Shown piece by piece: positions 29,220 through 38,035 of a stretch of 49,873 nucleotides of DNA (the stretch's first letter is position 1; the number at the start of each line of letters is the position of its first letter). A model generated the notes under the pieces. The model was given only the letters and a program-made list of their open reading frames with translations, did no database searches and had not been told where the DNA came from. A program made the translations under genes and the position numbers. The stretch is from contig JBBRPR010000061.1 in NCBI GenBank assembly GCA_038227875.1, forward strand, positions 1 to 49,873, written 5' to 3'. Source of the stretch: Planctomycetota bacterium (GTDB lineage Bacteria > Planctomycetota > SZUA-567 > H5-PLA8).

Positions 29220-29572
29220 GCGACAACTCCAAGCGACCGTGGTTCCGATTCCATCTGCTGACGGCGATGCTGATGATGTTTGCGGCAGGAGGCTTCGTCT
29301 GGGCCAACACGCTGCCTGAAAGCTACGATCTGATCTACGATTCGAAATCAGATTCCTACAGCATTGATTCCTCGGAGAAACCCGACTACGACGTCCGCTG
29401 TTACGGGTGGCCGACGTCGTTCCTTGCAATCACTGAGTTTGACAAAACATTTCTGCCCAAGCCATTCGCGCTCGACCTCCTCGCATTAGCAGGCGGCATG
29501 GCAGGGGTTGCCTTTCTCTCCGAATCCCTCCTCCGCCGCCGCGACTCCCGCAAACCCATCGCGCCTCACTGA
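29216..29572 (+). CDS. Small 2-TM 'RRWFRF' family protein (copy 5)
   Basis: RPWFRFHLLTA..AGG, YGWP, SESLLRRRDSRKP; ATGA overlap. Confidence 0.8.
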   Translation: MSDNSKRPWFRFHLLTAMLMMFAAGGFVWANTLPESYDLIYDSKSDSYSIDSSEKPDYDVRCYGWPTSFLAITEFDKTFLPKPFALDLLALAGGMAGVAFLSESLLRRRDSRKPIAPH

Positions 29573-29713
29573 AACTCAATGCGCCTGTGCATTCCCCCAC
29601 CCCACTTTTCTCATCCACATCTTATTCCCAGCCCTGAAATTATTGGCGCACACCGGCACGTGTGATAGCGTCACTGCCCTCACAAATTTTGTTCACGGCC
29701 AAAGGATTCACGC

Positions 29714-32074
29714 ATGGAAAATAAAGAGTCGCGCGAAATTGTCGATCAGCTGATCGGGCACCGGCTGCAACAGGCCGACATCAAAAAAATCCTCAACACC
29801 CTCAGCAACGCCGACCGCAACGAACTGCTGGAAGAAATCTCCAGCATCATGGGCAAACTCTCGGCGCTGATCCACATCTCCAACCAGGTCTCCGACACGC
29901 TCTCCTTGAACGAACTGCTCCAGCGCATCGTCCCCATCACCACCGAAGTCACGCTCTCCGAACGCGGCACGCTCTTCCTCCACGACGCCGAGCGCCGAGA
30001 ACTGTTCTCGAAAGTGATGAGCGGCGATCTGGTCGAGGAAATCCGCATCGCCGACAACGTCGGTATCGCCGGCACCGTCTTCACCACCGGCGAAGCCATC
30101 ATCATTCAGGACGCCTACGCCGACAGCCGCTTCAACAAGGCTGTCGACCTCAAGACCGGTTTCCGCACGCGCAACATTCTGTGCGCGCCAATCAAAACCC
30201 GCGACGGCCGCCGCATCGGCGTGGTCCAGTTGCTCAACAAGAAGTCCGGCAACTTCAATCTCGAAGACCAGGCGCTGCTGCAGGCCGTCACGTCGCAAGT
30301 TTCCGCCGCGCTGGTCAACGGGCAGCTCTATGAAGAAATCTGCCGCGTCCGCACCAATGAAAAGCTGATGCTGGAAGTCACCGACGCGATCTCATCGCAG
30401 CTCTACCTCGAGCCGCTGCTGCAGAAGATCATGGAAGTCACCTCGGAACTTCTCGACGCCCAGCGCAGCACGCTTTTCCTCAACGACAAGCACACCAATG
30501 AACTCTGGTCGATGGTCGCGCAAGGCAGCACCAGCAGCATTCGCTTCCCCAATCACCTCGGCATCGCCGGCTCGGTCTTTACCTCCGGCCAGGTGGTCAA
30601 TATTCCCGATGCCTACGCCGACCCGCGCTTCAACAAGGAGTTCGATCGCAAGACCGGCTTCAAAACCGACACGATTCTGTGCATGCCCATCCGCAACAAG
30701 AAGCAGGAAACGCTGGGCGTGATTCAGGTGCTCAACAAAAACGGCGGACCATTCACCGTATCCGACGAATCGCGCCTGAAAGTGTTCTGCTCCCAGGCCT
30801 CGATCGCGATTGAAAACGCCGTGCTCTTCGAAAACGTCGAGAACATGCGCTCCTACAACGAAAGCATGTTCGGCAGCATGAGCAACGGTGTGCTGACGCT
30901 CGATCAGCACAACCACGTCGTCCGCTGCAACAAGGCTTTCGAAGAGCTCTTCAAGGTAAAGGAAGCCGACATCGCCGGCAGCACCGCGACGGATTTCTTC
31001 AGCGATACCAACGCCTGGGTACTCGCGCCCATGGACGGCGTGCTGACCTCCCGCAAACCCGACATCACCATGGATCAGGAATTCAAAAGCCCCACCGGAG
31101 AAGTCATCTCCGTCAACCTGACCATCGTGCCGCTCACCGGTACCAAGCAGGAAAAGCTGGGCCTGATGCTGATTTTCGAAGACATCAGCACCGAAAAGCG
31201 CGTCAAGAGCACCATGTCGCGCTACGTCGCCAAGGAAGTCATGGACCAGTTGCTCAACAGCGGCGCCAACGCGCTGGGCGGCAAAACGCTCGACGTCGCC
31301 GTGCTCTTCAGCGACATCCGCAGCTTCACCTCCATCTCCGAAGAGAGCGGCGCCGAAGCCACCGTCCTGATGCTCAACGATTACTTCACGCTGATGGTCG
31401 ACGAGATCCTCGCCAACCACGGCATCCTCGATAAGTACATCGGCGACGCGATCATGGCCGTCTTCGGCACGCCCTTTACCAGCGGTGAGGACTCCGACCG
31501 CGCCGTGCGCGCCGGCATCGGGATGCTGCGCCAGTTGCAGGAATTCAACCGCAAGCGCGCCGAGGAAAAGAAGCGCCCGATCGACATCGGCATCGGTATC
31601 AACACCGACCGCGTCGTCTCCGGCAACATCGGCTCTCCCAAGCGCATGGAATACACCGTCATCGGCGACGGCGTGAATCTGGCCTCACGCGTCGAAGGCG
31701 TCACGAAGTACTACGGCGCGCGCTTGATCATCACCGAATTCACGTTCCGCAAGCTCAAAGACAAGTACCAACACCGCGAGATCGACCGCATCCGCGTCAA
31801 AGGCAAGGACGAGCCGGTGGGCATCTACGAAATCCTCCAATACCACACGCCCGAAACCTTCCCCAACATGCAGAACGTGCTGGAATGTTTCGAGAAGGGC
31901 AAAGCGCACTACAACAAGCAGGAGTTCGAAAAAGGCATTCAGCACTTCGCCAAAGCCCTCGGCATCTTCCCCGCCGACAAAGTGCCCAAGCATTACATCG
32001 AACGCTGCCAATACTTCATCGAAAATCCCCCCGCGAAGGACTGGGACGGCGTGTGGACGATGACGGAGAAGTAA
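29714..32074 (+). CDS. Class III adenylate cyclase, GAF-GAF-PAS-cyclase-TPR-like (CyaB-type architecture)
   Basis: Two GAF domains with LNK..GxF..xD; PAS; FSDIRSFT, DKYIGDAIMAVFG, EYTVIGDGVNLASR. Confidence 0.95.
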   Translation: MENKESREIVDQLIGHRLQQADIKKILNTLSNADRNELLEEISSIMGKLSALIHISNQVSDTLSLNELLQRIVPITTEVTLSERGTLFLHDAERRELFSKVMSGDLVEEIRIADNVGIAGTVFTTGEAIIIQDAYADSRFNKAVDLKTGFRTRNILCAPIKTRDGRRIGVVQLLNKKSGNFNLEDQALLQAVTSQVSAALVNGQLYEEICRVRTNEKLMLEVTDAISSQLYLEPLLQKIMEVTSELLDAQRSTLFLNDKHTNELWSMVAQGSTSSIRFPNHLGIAGSVFTSGQVVNIPDAYADPRFNKEFDRKTGFKTDTILCMPIRNKKQETLGVIQVLNKNGGPFTVSDESRLKVFCSQASIAIENAVLFENVENMRSYNESMFGSMSNGVLTLDQHNHVVRCNKAFEELFKVKEADIAGSTATDFFSDTNAWVLAPMDGVLTSRKPDITMDQEFKSPTGEVISVNLTIVPLTGTKQEKLGLMLIFEDISTEKRVKSTMSRYVAKEVMDQLLNSGANALGGKTLDVAVLFSDIRSFTSISEESGAEATVLMLNDYFTLMVDEILANHGILDKYIGDAIMAVFGTPFTSGEDSDRAVRAGIGMLRQLQEFNRKRAEEKKRPIDIGIGINTDRVVSGNIGSPKRMEYTVIGDGVNLASRVEGVTKYYGARLIITEFTFRKLKDKYQHREIDRIRVKGKDEPVGIYEILQYHTPETFPNMQNVLECFEKGKAHYNKQEFEKGIQHFAKALGIFPADKVPKHYIERCQYFIENPPAKDWDGVWTMTEK

Positions 32075-32081
32075 GCGGTCG

Positions 32082-32197
32082 TTTGTAGTCCGGGCGGTTC
32101 GCCCGGAGTCTCAAAACCCGAAGGGTTCCGGTGGTTGAGCGCAGCGACACCACCGGTATCGTTCGCCTCTCACAGAGGCACCCTGGAGGGGTGCTAG
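32082..32197. repeat. Composite REP-like hairpin element
   Basis: GTAG-TCCGGGCG..CGCCCGGA hairpin, AACCC-GAA-GGGTT, CCGGTGG..CCACCGG, GCACCC..GGGTGC; related copies at 34186-34223 and 34401-34499. Confidence 0.75.
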
Positions 32198-32248
32198 ACG
32201 TTGCGCGTCTCCATCCGCATTGCGTGGATCGTCTTCAATCCCGACCTC

Positions 32249-32659
32249 CTAATGAAACCGCCCCGTCAACAATCCCACCACTACGGTCAGCGACACAAGC
32301 AACGGTATTGCGAAAACGCCTAATTGCCGCCAATCCGGGCGCATACGCGGCACCGTATGGATGACTTTCAGCAGCGCCTAGAACCACAGCACTGTCATCG
32401 CGCAGGTTGCCATGACCACGGGCACCATCAGTTGTTCTGGAATTGAACCCGGGGTGACGTAAATCCACGGAACTGCAACGAGCGCCATCTGCGGCAGTGC
32501 AGCCATCGATAAAATGATCACCACATCGAAGAACCCGCTTGTGGCGGTCTGCGCATCGCGGAGCTGCCGGGTACTGGATCGCGCAGAAAACCAAATCCCG
32601 CCAAAAATCAGACTGGCAATACCACCCCCGACAAACGCAAGAAGCACGCAATAATCCAT
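32249..32659 (-). pseudogene. Membrane protein gene with internal TAG
   Basis: Frame continues past TAG 32378-32380: LWF*ALLKVIH...LGVFAIPLLVSLTVVVGLLTGRFH*, adding another TM helix. Confidence 0.55.
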
Positions 32660-32786
32660 ACACAAAATTTAACGCACGAGCGCCGGGGCGAAATCAAATA
32701 AAAATGGGGACACGCGACGGCGAAGTAATTCAAAATTAAAACTCAAAATTAAAAATTGCTTGGGATGCTCCCCCAAACCGATTTAT

Positions 32787-34082
32787 TCACAACCCCACGC
32801 TCTGCTCCATCGCATGAATCGCCGTCAACAAATTCGCCTGCGTCCACAGCAACGGCGTGGCGTCGCCGGGGACGTACTTCCCGTCCTCGACGTAATACAA
32901 CTCCGGACAACGAAACGCCGGAAGCAACTCGGTCGCCGCCGTAATCTGCTCGAGGCTGCGGTTCAGATAGGTCACCTGCAACTCAAGGTACTTCGGATCG
33001 CGCGTCGCCACATACCGGCGCCCATAAATCGTCGAAATGATCGGATCGAAAATACACCACTGCGCTTCCTGGCCCTTGGGCAGCAATGCGTCGCGCTGCG
33101 ACAAATCGCTGCTGAAATCCGCCGTGCGGCTGTCCTCGGATAAAGTCTTCTTGTAATTGGGCGACCAGAACGAATCGCCGATATAGCGACGCACGCCAAA
33201 GTCGCCTTTCAAATGTTTTAACACCCGCTCCAGAATCAGATCAGCCGTGGACTCATCCACCACTTCGGCCGGATAGATCAAAAACAACAGCGCGCCGTCG
33301 TACGCGCGCGCCTTTTTCGGGTCCTTCTGGATGCATTCCGCTGGCAATATCTTCGCCAGCTCGGACGTCCCTTTGTTAATCAATTCGTCGAGCAACTGAA
33401 CCGTCACCGCGCGGCCGTTGAAGGAATTTGAATGCGCACTCCCGGCTGACGCCCAGAACTGTTTCATCTGGCGCAATCCCGCCACGACGATGCCCATGCT
33501 CGACGCGGAGACTTTCCGCGTTTCTTCCCAATGCCCGCTGTCCTCGTCCTGCCAATACCGAATCGCTTCAAAATAAAGCGGAAAGAGCGAGAGAAATTGC
33601 AGGTCCGCCGAAGTGGGCGTAATCGCTCCGCGCCGCGCGAGCTTGAAATACAGCCAGAGAAAGTACCCCAGCGCATCGTTCTGCGCGTGCGCCCACGTCT
33701 GGTCGATGTCATCGAGCGTCTTGCCGTCAAACCGCACATGCGGCCGGTCCATGATGGAATCGGGTTTCGTCTCCCCGCGAATCATGCGCTCGAATCGGAA
33801 ACTCTTCTTCTTCATGTACGTCAGCAGCGCTTGCACCGCCTGGACTGCGATCTCCGTCTTGCCGACGAGATCGTGCACATTCGCGATGTGGATATTGTCC
33901 CGCAACCAGATGCTGGCGTACCCCGTGTAAGCTGTCTCCGACTGCACCGCCGCCGCCGGAAAAAGTCCATTGCTCAACCGCGCAAATTCCAACGTCCCAT
34001 TCTCATCCAGCAGCGCCTTGAGCGCCTTCAGATCGGACGTGGTGTAGCGTTGCTTGATCAAAGGCTTGAGCGCCGGATTCAT
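32787..34082 (-). CDS. GH15-like / phosphorylase-kinase-alpha-beta-like six-hairpin glycosidase
   Basis: YASIWLRD, HAQNDALG, DSGHWEE, GVRRYIGD, CPELYY, PLLWTQA. Confidence 0.8.
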   Translation of the reverse strand: MNPALKPLIKQRYTTSDLKALKALLDENGTLEFARLSNGLFPAAAVQSETAYTGYASIWLRDNIHIANVHDLVGKTEIAVQAVQALLTYMKKKSFRFERMIRGETKPDSIMDRPHVRFDGKTLDDIDQTWAHAQNDALGYFLWLYFKLARRGAITPTSADLQFLSLFPLYFEAIRYWQDEDSGHWEETRKVSASSMGIVVAGLRQMKQFWASAGSAHSNSFNGRAVTVQLLDELINKGTSELAKILPAECIQKDPKKARAYDGALLFLIYPAEVVDESTADLILERVLKHLKGDFGVRRYIGDSFWSPNYKKTLSEDSRTADFSSDLSQRDALLPKGQEAQWCIFDPIISTIYGRRYVATRDPKYLELQVTYLNRSLEQITAATELLPAFRCPELYYVEDGKYVPGDATPLLWTQANLLTAIHAMEQSVGL

Positions 34083-34129
34083 CGCATCGACTCCATGGTG
34101 GATTTTTCGACTGGGGAAGAGTTCCCCTC

Positions 34130-34158
34130 TATATACGTCACGCGTGGGCCCATTGCAA
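34130..34158 (-). promoter_or_regulatory. Sigma70-like promoter for the GH15-like gene
   Basis: Minus strand TTGCAA-17-TATATA. Confidence 0.55.
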
Positions 34159-34185
34159 TCCGGCGAGCGTGATCTAGCGTGGCCC

Positions 34186-34499
34186 TTTGTAGTCCGGGCG
34201 GCTCCCCCGGAGTCTTAAAAACCATCGCCGAAAGAGCCGATCCGTTCGATCATCCTCGCCAATGTGCGAAGCAACTCTCCCTTCTCGGTGGCCGATCAGT
34301 CCACCCTCACAACCTGGAACGATGACGCCCAATCTACCTGCCTCTCTCTATCTCAATTGTTCCGCTCACGATTCCTAACCGCAAAAGCGCCTCCGCCGTA
34401 GGAACCCGGAGGGTTCCCAGCAATTAGCCGGTGGCTGAGCGCAGCGACGCCACCGGAACACGGCACCATTTAAAAATCCGCATCCCGGAGGGATGCCAG
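34186..34499. repeat. Second composite REP-like element, split by ~180 bp
   Basis: 34186-34223 matches 32082-32118; 34401-34499 has GGAACCC-GGA-GGGTTCC, CCGGTGG..CCACCGG, GCATCCC-GGA-GGGATGC. Confidence 0.75.
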
Positions 34500-34595
34500 C
34501 GGCGAGTTATGAGAGTGAGTGCAATTCAACGGCGAACGACTCAATTTTGCTTTCGAGCTCCTGCTCGCCCAGACCTGCTGCAACTTCGAGCTCCG

Positions 34596-35840
34596 CTACT
34601 TCATATTCCTCTTCAGCCATTTCGCCGTGTACATCCGCATCTTCTCTAAATCGTAAACCTCGTCTTCCGACAGCGGCTCCACGGGACAATTGGACTGAAT
34701 CCGATGATGCCACCGAAACTGCCATTCTTCGCCAATCACACTTTCCAAGGCCAGAAACGCGCCTCGCCGAACGCCAGAATCTGGGCTATCCAGAAGTCCT
34801 TGAAGAAATTGGACCCAGTCCACGATCTCATTCTGCTGATCCACCTGATTGCTATTGAGGTACGTAAAGCACAACAACTCCCGCTTCGCCGCATCGTCGG
34901 CACGCGTGAGCACCGCGATCAACGTTTTCAAGCGCACCGGTATGGGACGAATATCAGTCAGAGCGTCGATGGCCTTCTTTTTTTGAGTGGGGCTGGCTGG
35001 ATGCATTAGGTAGGCCGACCAGATCCGCACGATTTCATGGGGCGGTGCTACCGCGCCGATTACCCTCATTGCGGCGCCGGTCGTAAATTCGTCGTCGTTT
35101 TCGGCCACAATCCGTTCGAGGTCCGGCACGAACTCCGGTCGATTGGCTCTTTGGATCCCATTTAGGAGCGATCGGCGGCGTTTAAACGGCGGCGAGTTCC
35201 GGTTGAGAACGGATCGAATTTGCTCCGCCGTACCCCGTTCGGCGACAAGATCCCCCGCCATCCATAGTACACTGGTTTCTGGTACTTCGTCTTGACGCAC
35301 GTCGGATTCACGCAACAACGTCTGAAATGAAAACTGAAACGCTTCTTGGGGGTAACGCTGTTTTAAATCATCGAACGCTATCTCTTGCAGTGTCTGTTCA
35401 CCTTCTTCGACACGATAAGGCAACTCGGCGGCCGCTACACACTCCTCGAGTACAGAGGACGAAAGCAGGCCTTCACGAAGCGACCGGTAAACGAACCAGT
35501 CGCTCAGCTCGCTCGAAAACTGCACGAGGATCCGGAACGAATTGTCACGAACGACGTTCGGCATCGATTTCCGAACGGTCATCCGCCAATCGTTCGGCAG
35601 GTAAGGTGCGACACGTGGCGGACACGTGGAATAAACCAGTAGCACAAAGGGTAGAATCAGCGCGGCAGCGAGGGCCACGAGGACCGCGTAGATTCGAAAT
35701 AGCCACGATCGCGGCGCCGGCTCTTCACCAGCGAAAACAGGATGAAGAGCGGTATCACCAACGGCAGACCACAATAAAAAACAGACCCAGCAAGGAACCC
35801 GTTGATCGCCACGTAAAGTTGTAGTCATAAGCAAGTTCAA
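34596..35840 (-). CDS. Membrane-anchored HEAT-repeat-like protein (start uncertain, possibly frameshifted)
   Basis: LLDSPDSGVRRGAFLAL HEAT signature; TM near N-terminus. Confidence 0.6.
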   Translation of the reverse strand: MNLLMTTTLRGDQRVPCWVCFLLWSAVGDTALHPVFAGEEPAPRSWLFRIYAVLVALAAALILPFVLLVYSTCPPRVAPYLPNDWRMTVRKSMPNVVRDNSFRILVQFSSELSDWFVYRSLREGLLSSSVLEECVAAAELPYRVEEGEQTLQEIAFDDLKQRYPQEAFQFSFQTLLRESDVRQDEVPETSVLWMAGDLVAERGTAEQIRSVLNRNSPPFKRRRSLLNGIQRANRPEFVPDLERIVAENDDEFTTGAAMRVIGAVAPPHEIVRIWSAYLMHPASPTQKKKAIDALTDIRPIPVRLKTLIAVLTRADDAAKRELLCFTYLNSNQVDQQNEIVDWVQFLQGLLDSPDSGVRRGAFLALESVIGEEWQFRWHHRIQSNCPVEPLSEDEVYDLEKMRMYTAKWLKRNMK

Positions 35841-36135
35841 AGGCCGTACTCAATGGAATCACGATAAGCGCCGCGATCACTACGAGGAGAAATGCCGGCG
35901 GTCGTGCGGGTTCACGGTCTCTTACCGCGCGTAAGGCATGGAGGTAGGCCCAACCCAGGAACACGACAGTCGTACTGCAACCCATGCTGAAAACAGCGGC
36001 ATCGGTCAACGGAGAAATGGTCCAAAGCGACGCAACAACCGTCACTCCCGCGACGAGCAACCCCAATCCCAGCACTACGCAAGCCGCCCGAGCGTGATGC
36101 ACCGTACTGGCACCCTCAATTTGGACAATACCCAC
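35755..36135 (-). CDS. Membrane hypothetical protein, possibly the 5' part of the HEAT gene
   Basis: Three to four hydrophobic segments; overlaps the next ORF. Confidence 0.45.
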   Translation of the reverse strand: MGIVQIEGASTVHHARAACVVLGLGLLVAGVTVVASLWTISPLTDAAVFSMGCSTTVVFLGWAYLHALRAVRDREPARPPAFLLVVIAALIVIPLSTAFELAYDYNFTWRSTGSLLGLFFIVVCRW

Positions 36136-36218
36136 GAAATCTCTGCTTCAAGCATAGTGGAGAGCGGGTGATCAATTCAAAAACTTAAATGGAGCCCATT
36201 CAGTTCACCCCGCGCACC

Positions 36219-36602
36219 TGCTGCACATCATGTATTATAAAATCTTTTTTACTAAATTTAAAGAAAACACTTTATTTTTACGTTTCTTGAACGCATAGAT
36301 ACTATAGGAAAATGCGCGTTTCATCGTTTTGGATATTACCGTCGACAGTCTCGATCTCCAGCACCCGTTCGCTTCCAGGCATATCGAAATCACGCGTACA
36401 GAAGCCTGTGCGCGCTTCCGCAGCCCCGATCCGATAGAAGGACCAAATCCAAGCTCAATTCATCCACAGCCCTACAGAACGCAAATGACGACCACGCTAT
36501 CTCGTGCATTGCTGCACATCATGTATTATAAAATCTTTTTTAATAATTTCAAAGAAAACACTTGACTTTTAGGTTCCATCACCGCTTATATACTGTAGGA
36601 AA
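36219..36602. repeat. 93-bp AT-rich direct repeat, two copies 291 bp apart
   Basis: 36219-36311 and 36510-36602 align without gaps; first 33 nt identical; 13 mismatches by my count. Confidence 0.9.
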
Positions 36603-36806
36603 CTATGCCATGCTCCCGCTCGACTAATCCCTCGCGAACCTCGCCCTGATCAGGGCTCAAACCCACGAAGTCCATCCGCTCCAGGAAACCTTACCGATAA
36701 TGCGCCCCCCGTTTCAACGCCCAGCGCCCACCCCGCTAATCCGCAATCCGCAATTCACCTCCCCCACTGCGCACCGCGGGCACCCATGAAGGAGACCCCT
36801 GCCGAT

Positions 36807-36834
36807 GTAACATTTGGTAGCATTCCGTAACATT
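36807..36834 (+). promoter_or_regulatory. Phased direct repeats, candidate regulator binding site
   Basis: GTAACATT (36807), GTAGCATT (36817), GTAACATT (36827). Confidence 0.5.
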
Positions 36835-36973
36835 GCACGTGCTGGCTCACCCTGAAAAATATGCCCAACCCGTGGCCCAACCCTTGCGCTCATGATTCGA
36901 TGCACTGTGACTGCGCTAGTTTTGCCGAAGTCCCGGGCAGGCGAAACCTCAACACGAATCGAGCGGGAAAATT

Positions 36974-37846
36974 ATGCAGCTTCAACTCGGCACTCACCCC
37001 TCCACAACCGCAACATCGAATCGCATCACCGCTGCGCGACTGAGTCCACGGTTGAGGCGCGCCGGACTGGCGCTGACGCTCGTGACGCTCACGACACTCT
37101 GTGTCCTGAACCGGGGTGCCGCAGCGGCGACCTACACCGTCACGTTAACCACCGATACCGGAGCCACCAACAGCACGGTGGTCCCGCTGGGGCCCGGCAC
37201 CGCCGGCGACTTGCGCAACGCGATCTTCCAGGCCGCTCAGAGCCCCGGCACGGCGAACGTGATCGACCTCACCGGCGTCAGTGGCACGATTACGCTCAAG
37301 GCAATGCTCCCGCCGGTCTTCACGACAGGATCCGGCAGCTTGCTGATCATCGGACCCGGCGCGGCCAATCTGACCATCAGCGGTTCCAGCGGTCAGACCA
37401 CGACGCAGACGTACAACGTGACCGTGCTCGCGACACCCTACCGGCTGAACCGTGGCGCGATCAAATTATCTCCGCGCGGAGATACCGCGACGCTCAACGG
37501 CATACTGTACATACCGCAGGGAATGTCGTTCACGGATCTGACGATCAACGTCAACATCGGCGGCAATCCTGCGACCTTCGCCATGAACGGTAAGACCCGC
37601 GCAAAGAGCGGCGGCAACACATTCAGCATTGATGCCAAGGCCAACGGCGGCGACGCCCCGTTCAATCTGAAACTCACCGGCAACCTCGCGGCGGCATTAA
37701 AGAACAACGCACCCTTGGATTCCGCCGGTCTGCCGACGCAGGTCACCGTACAACTCCAGTACAGTTCAAATTACTATAGTGTGACGCTGCCCGTGAAATT
37801 CACGGTCAATGCAAGCGGCGCAACGGCAAAGTACGGCGGCCAATAG
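36974..37846 (+). CDS. Secreted protein: CSLREA-like N-terminus joined to a conserved C-terminal domain
   Basis: Signal peptide ..GAAA-ATYTVT; GDLRNAI, GTITL..LP, IIGPGAANLTISG; C-terminal ~140 aa similar to the C-terminus at 45320-45770. Confidence 0.75.
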   Translation: MQLQLGTHPSTTATSNRITAARLSPRLRRAGLALTLVTLTTLCVLNRGAAAATYTVTLTTDTGATNSTVVPLGPGTAGDLRNAIFQAAQSPGTANVIDLTGVSGTITLKAMLPPVFTTGSGSLLIIGPGAANLTISGSSGQTTTQTYNVTVLATPYRLNRGAIKLSPRGDTATLNGILYIPQGMSFTDLTINVNIGGNPATFAMNGKTRAKSGGNTFSIDAKANGGDAPFNLKLTGNLAAALKNNAPLDSAGLPTQVTVQLQYSSNYYSVTLPVKFTVNASGATAKYGGQ

Positions 37847-37969
37847 GCAGGACGCGAAATCAACGCCACAACCTTGTACAATGGACCCTCGCCATTGATA
37901 TCCAAGCCGGGTTTCACGGAACGCAGCAGCGCCAGAGATGCTGCGAACGCTTGATTTGAACATTGCTTA

Positions 37970-38003
37970 CAAATTTATGGAACTAAATTCTGCGCGTGGC
38001 CAT
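37970..38003 (+). promoter_or_regulatory. Candidate ECF promoter (autoregulatory)
   Basis: CAAATT-tat-GGAAC-N11-CGTGGCCAT. Confidence 0.7.
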
Positions 38004-38035
38004 AATCTTTATGAGTTGAGGCAGGCCGATGCGAA

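Noticed and set aside
28869..29572. Integron or DGR as the source of the cassettes
   Set aside because: No attC palindromes between genes, no IntI or reverse transcriptase, no adenine-specific variation.
29684..29720. ECF-1-like promoter (TTTGTTCAC) before the cyclase
   Set aside because: The matching -10 box would overlap the start codon and the spacing differs.
32728..32757. Short heptamer-like repeats (also AATCCGC near 36738)
   Set aside because: Low-complexity intergenic repeats with no evidence of function.
34355..34375. lac-operator-like AATTGTTCCGCTCACGATTCC
   Set aside because: Needs a 2-nt deletion and a mismatch relative to lacO1 and has no vector context; likely chance.
36219..36602. 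CRISPR array or oriC
   Set aside because: Only two long repeats, no cas genes, and at most one imperfect DnaA box.
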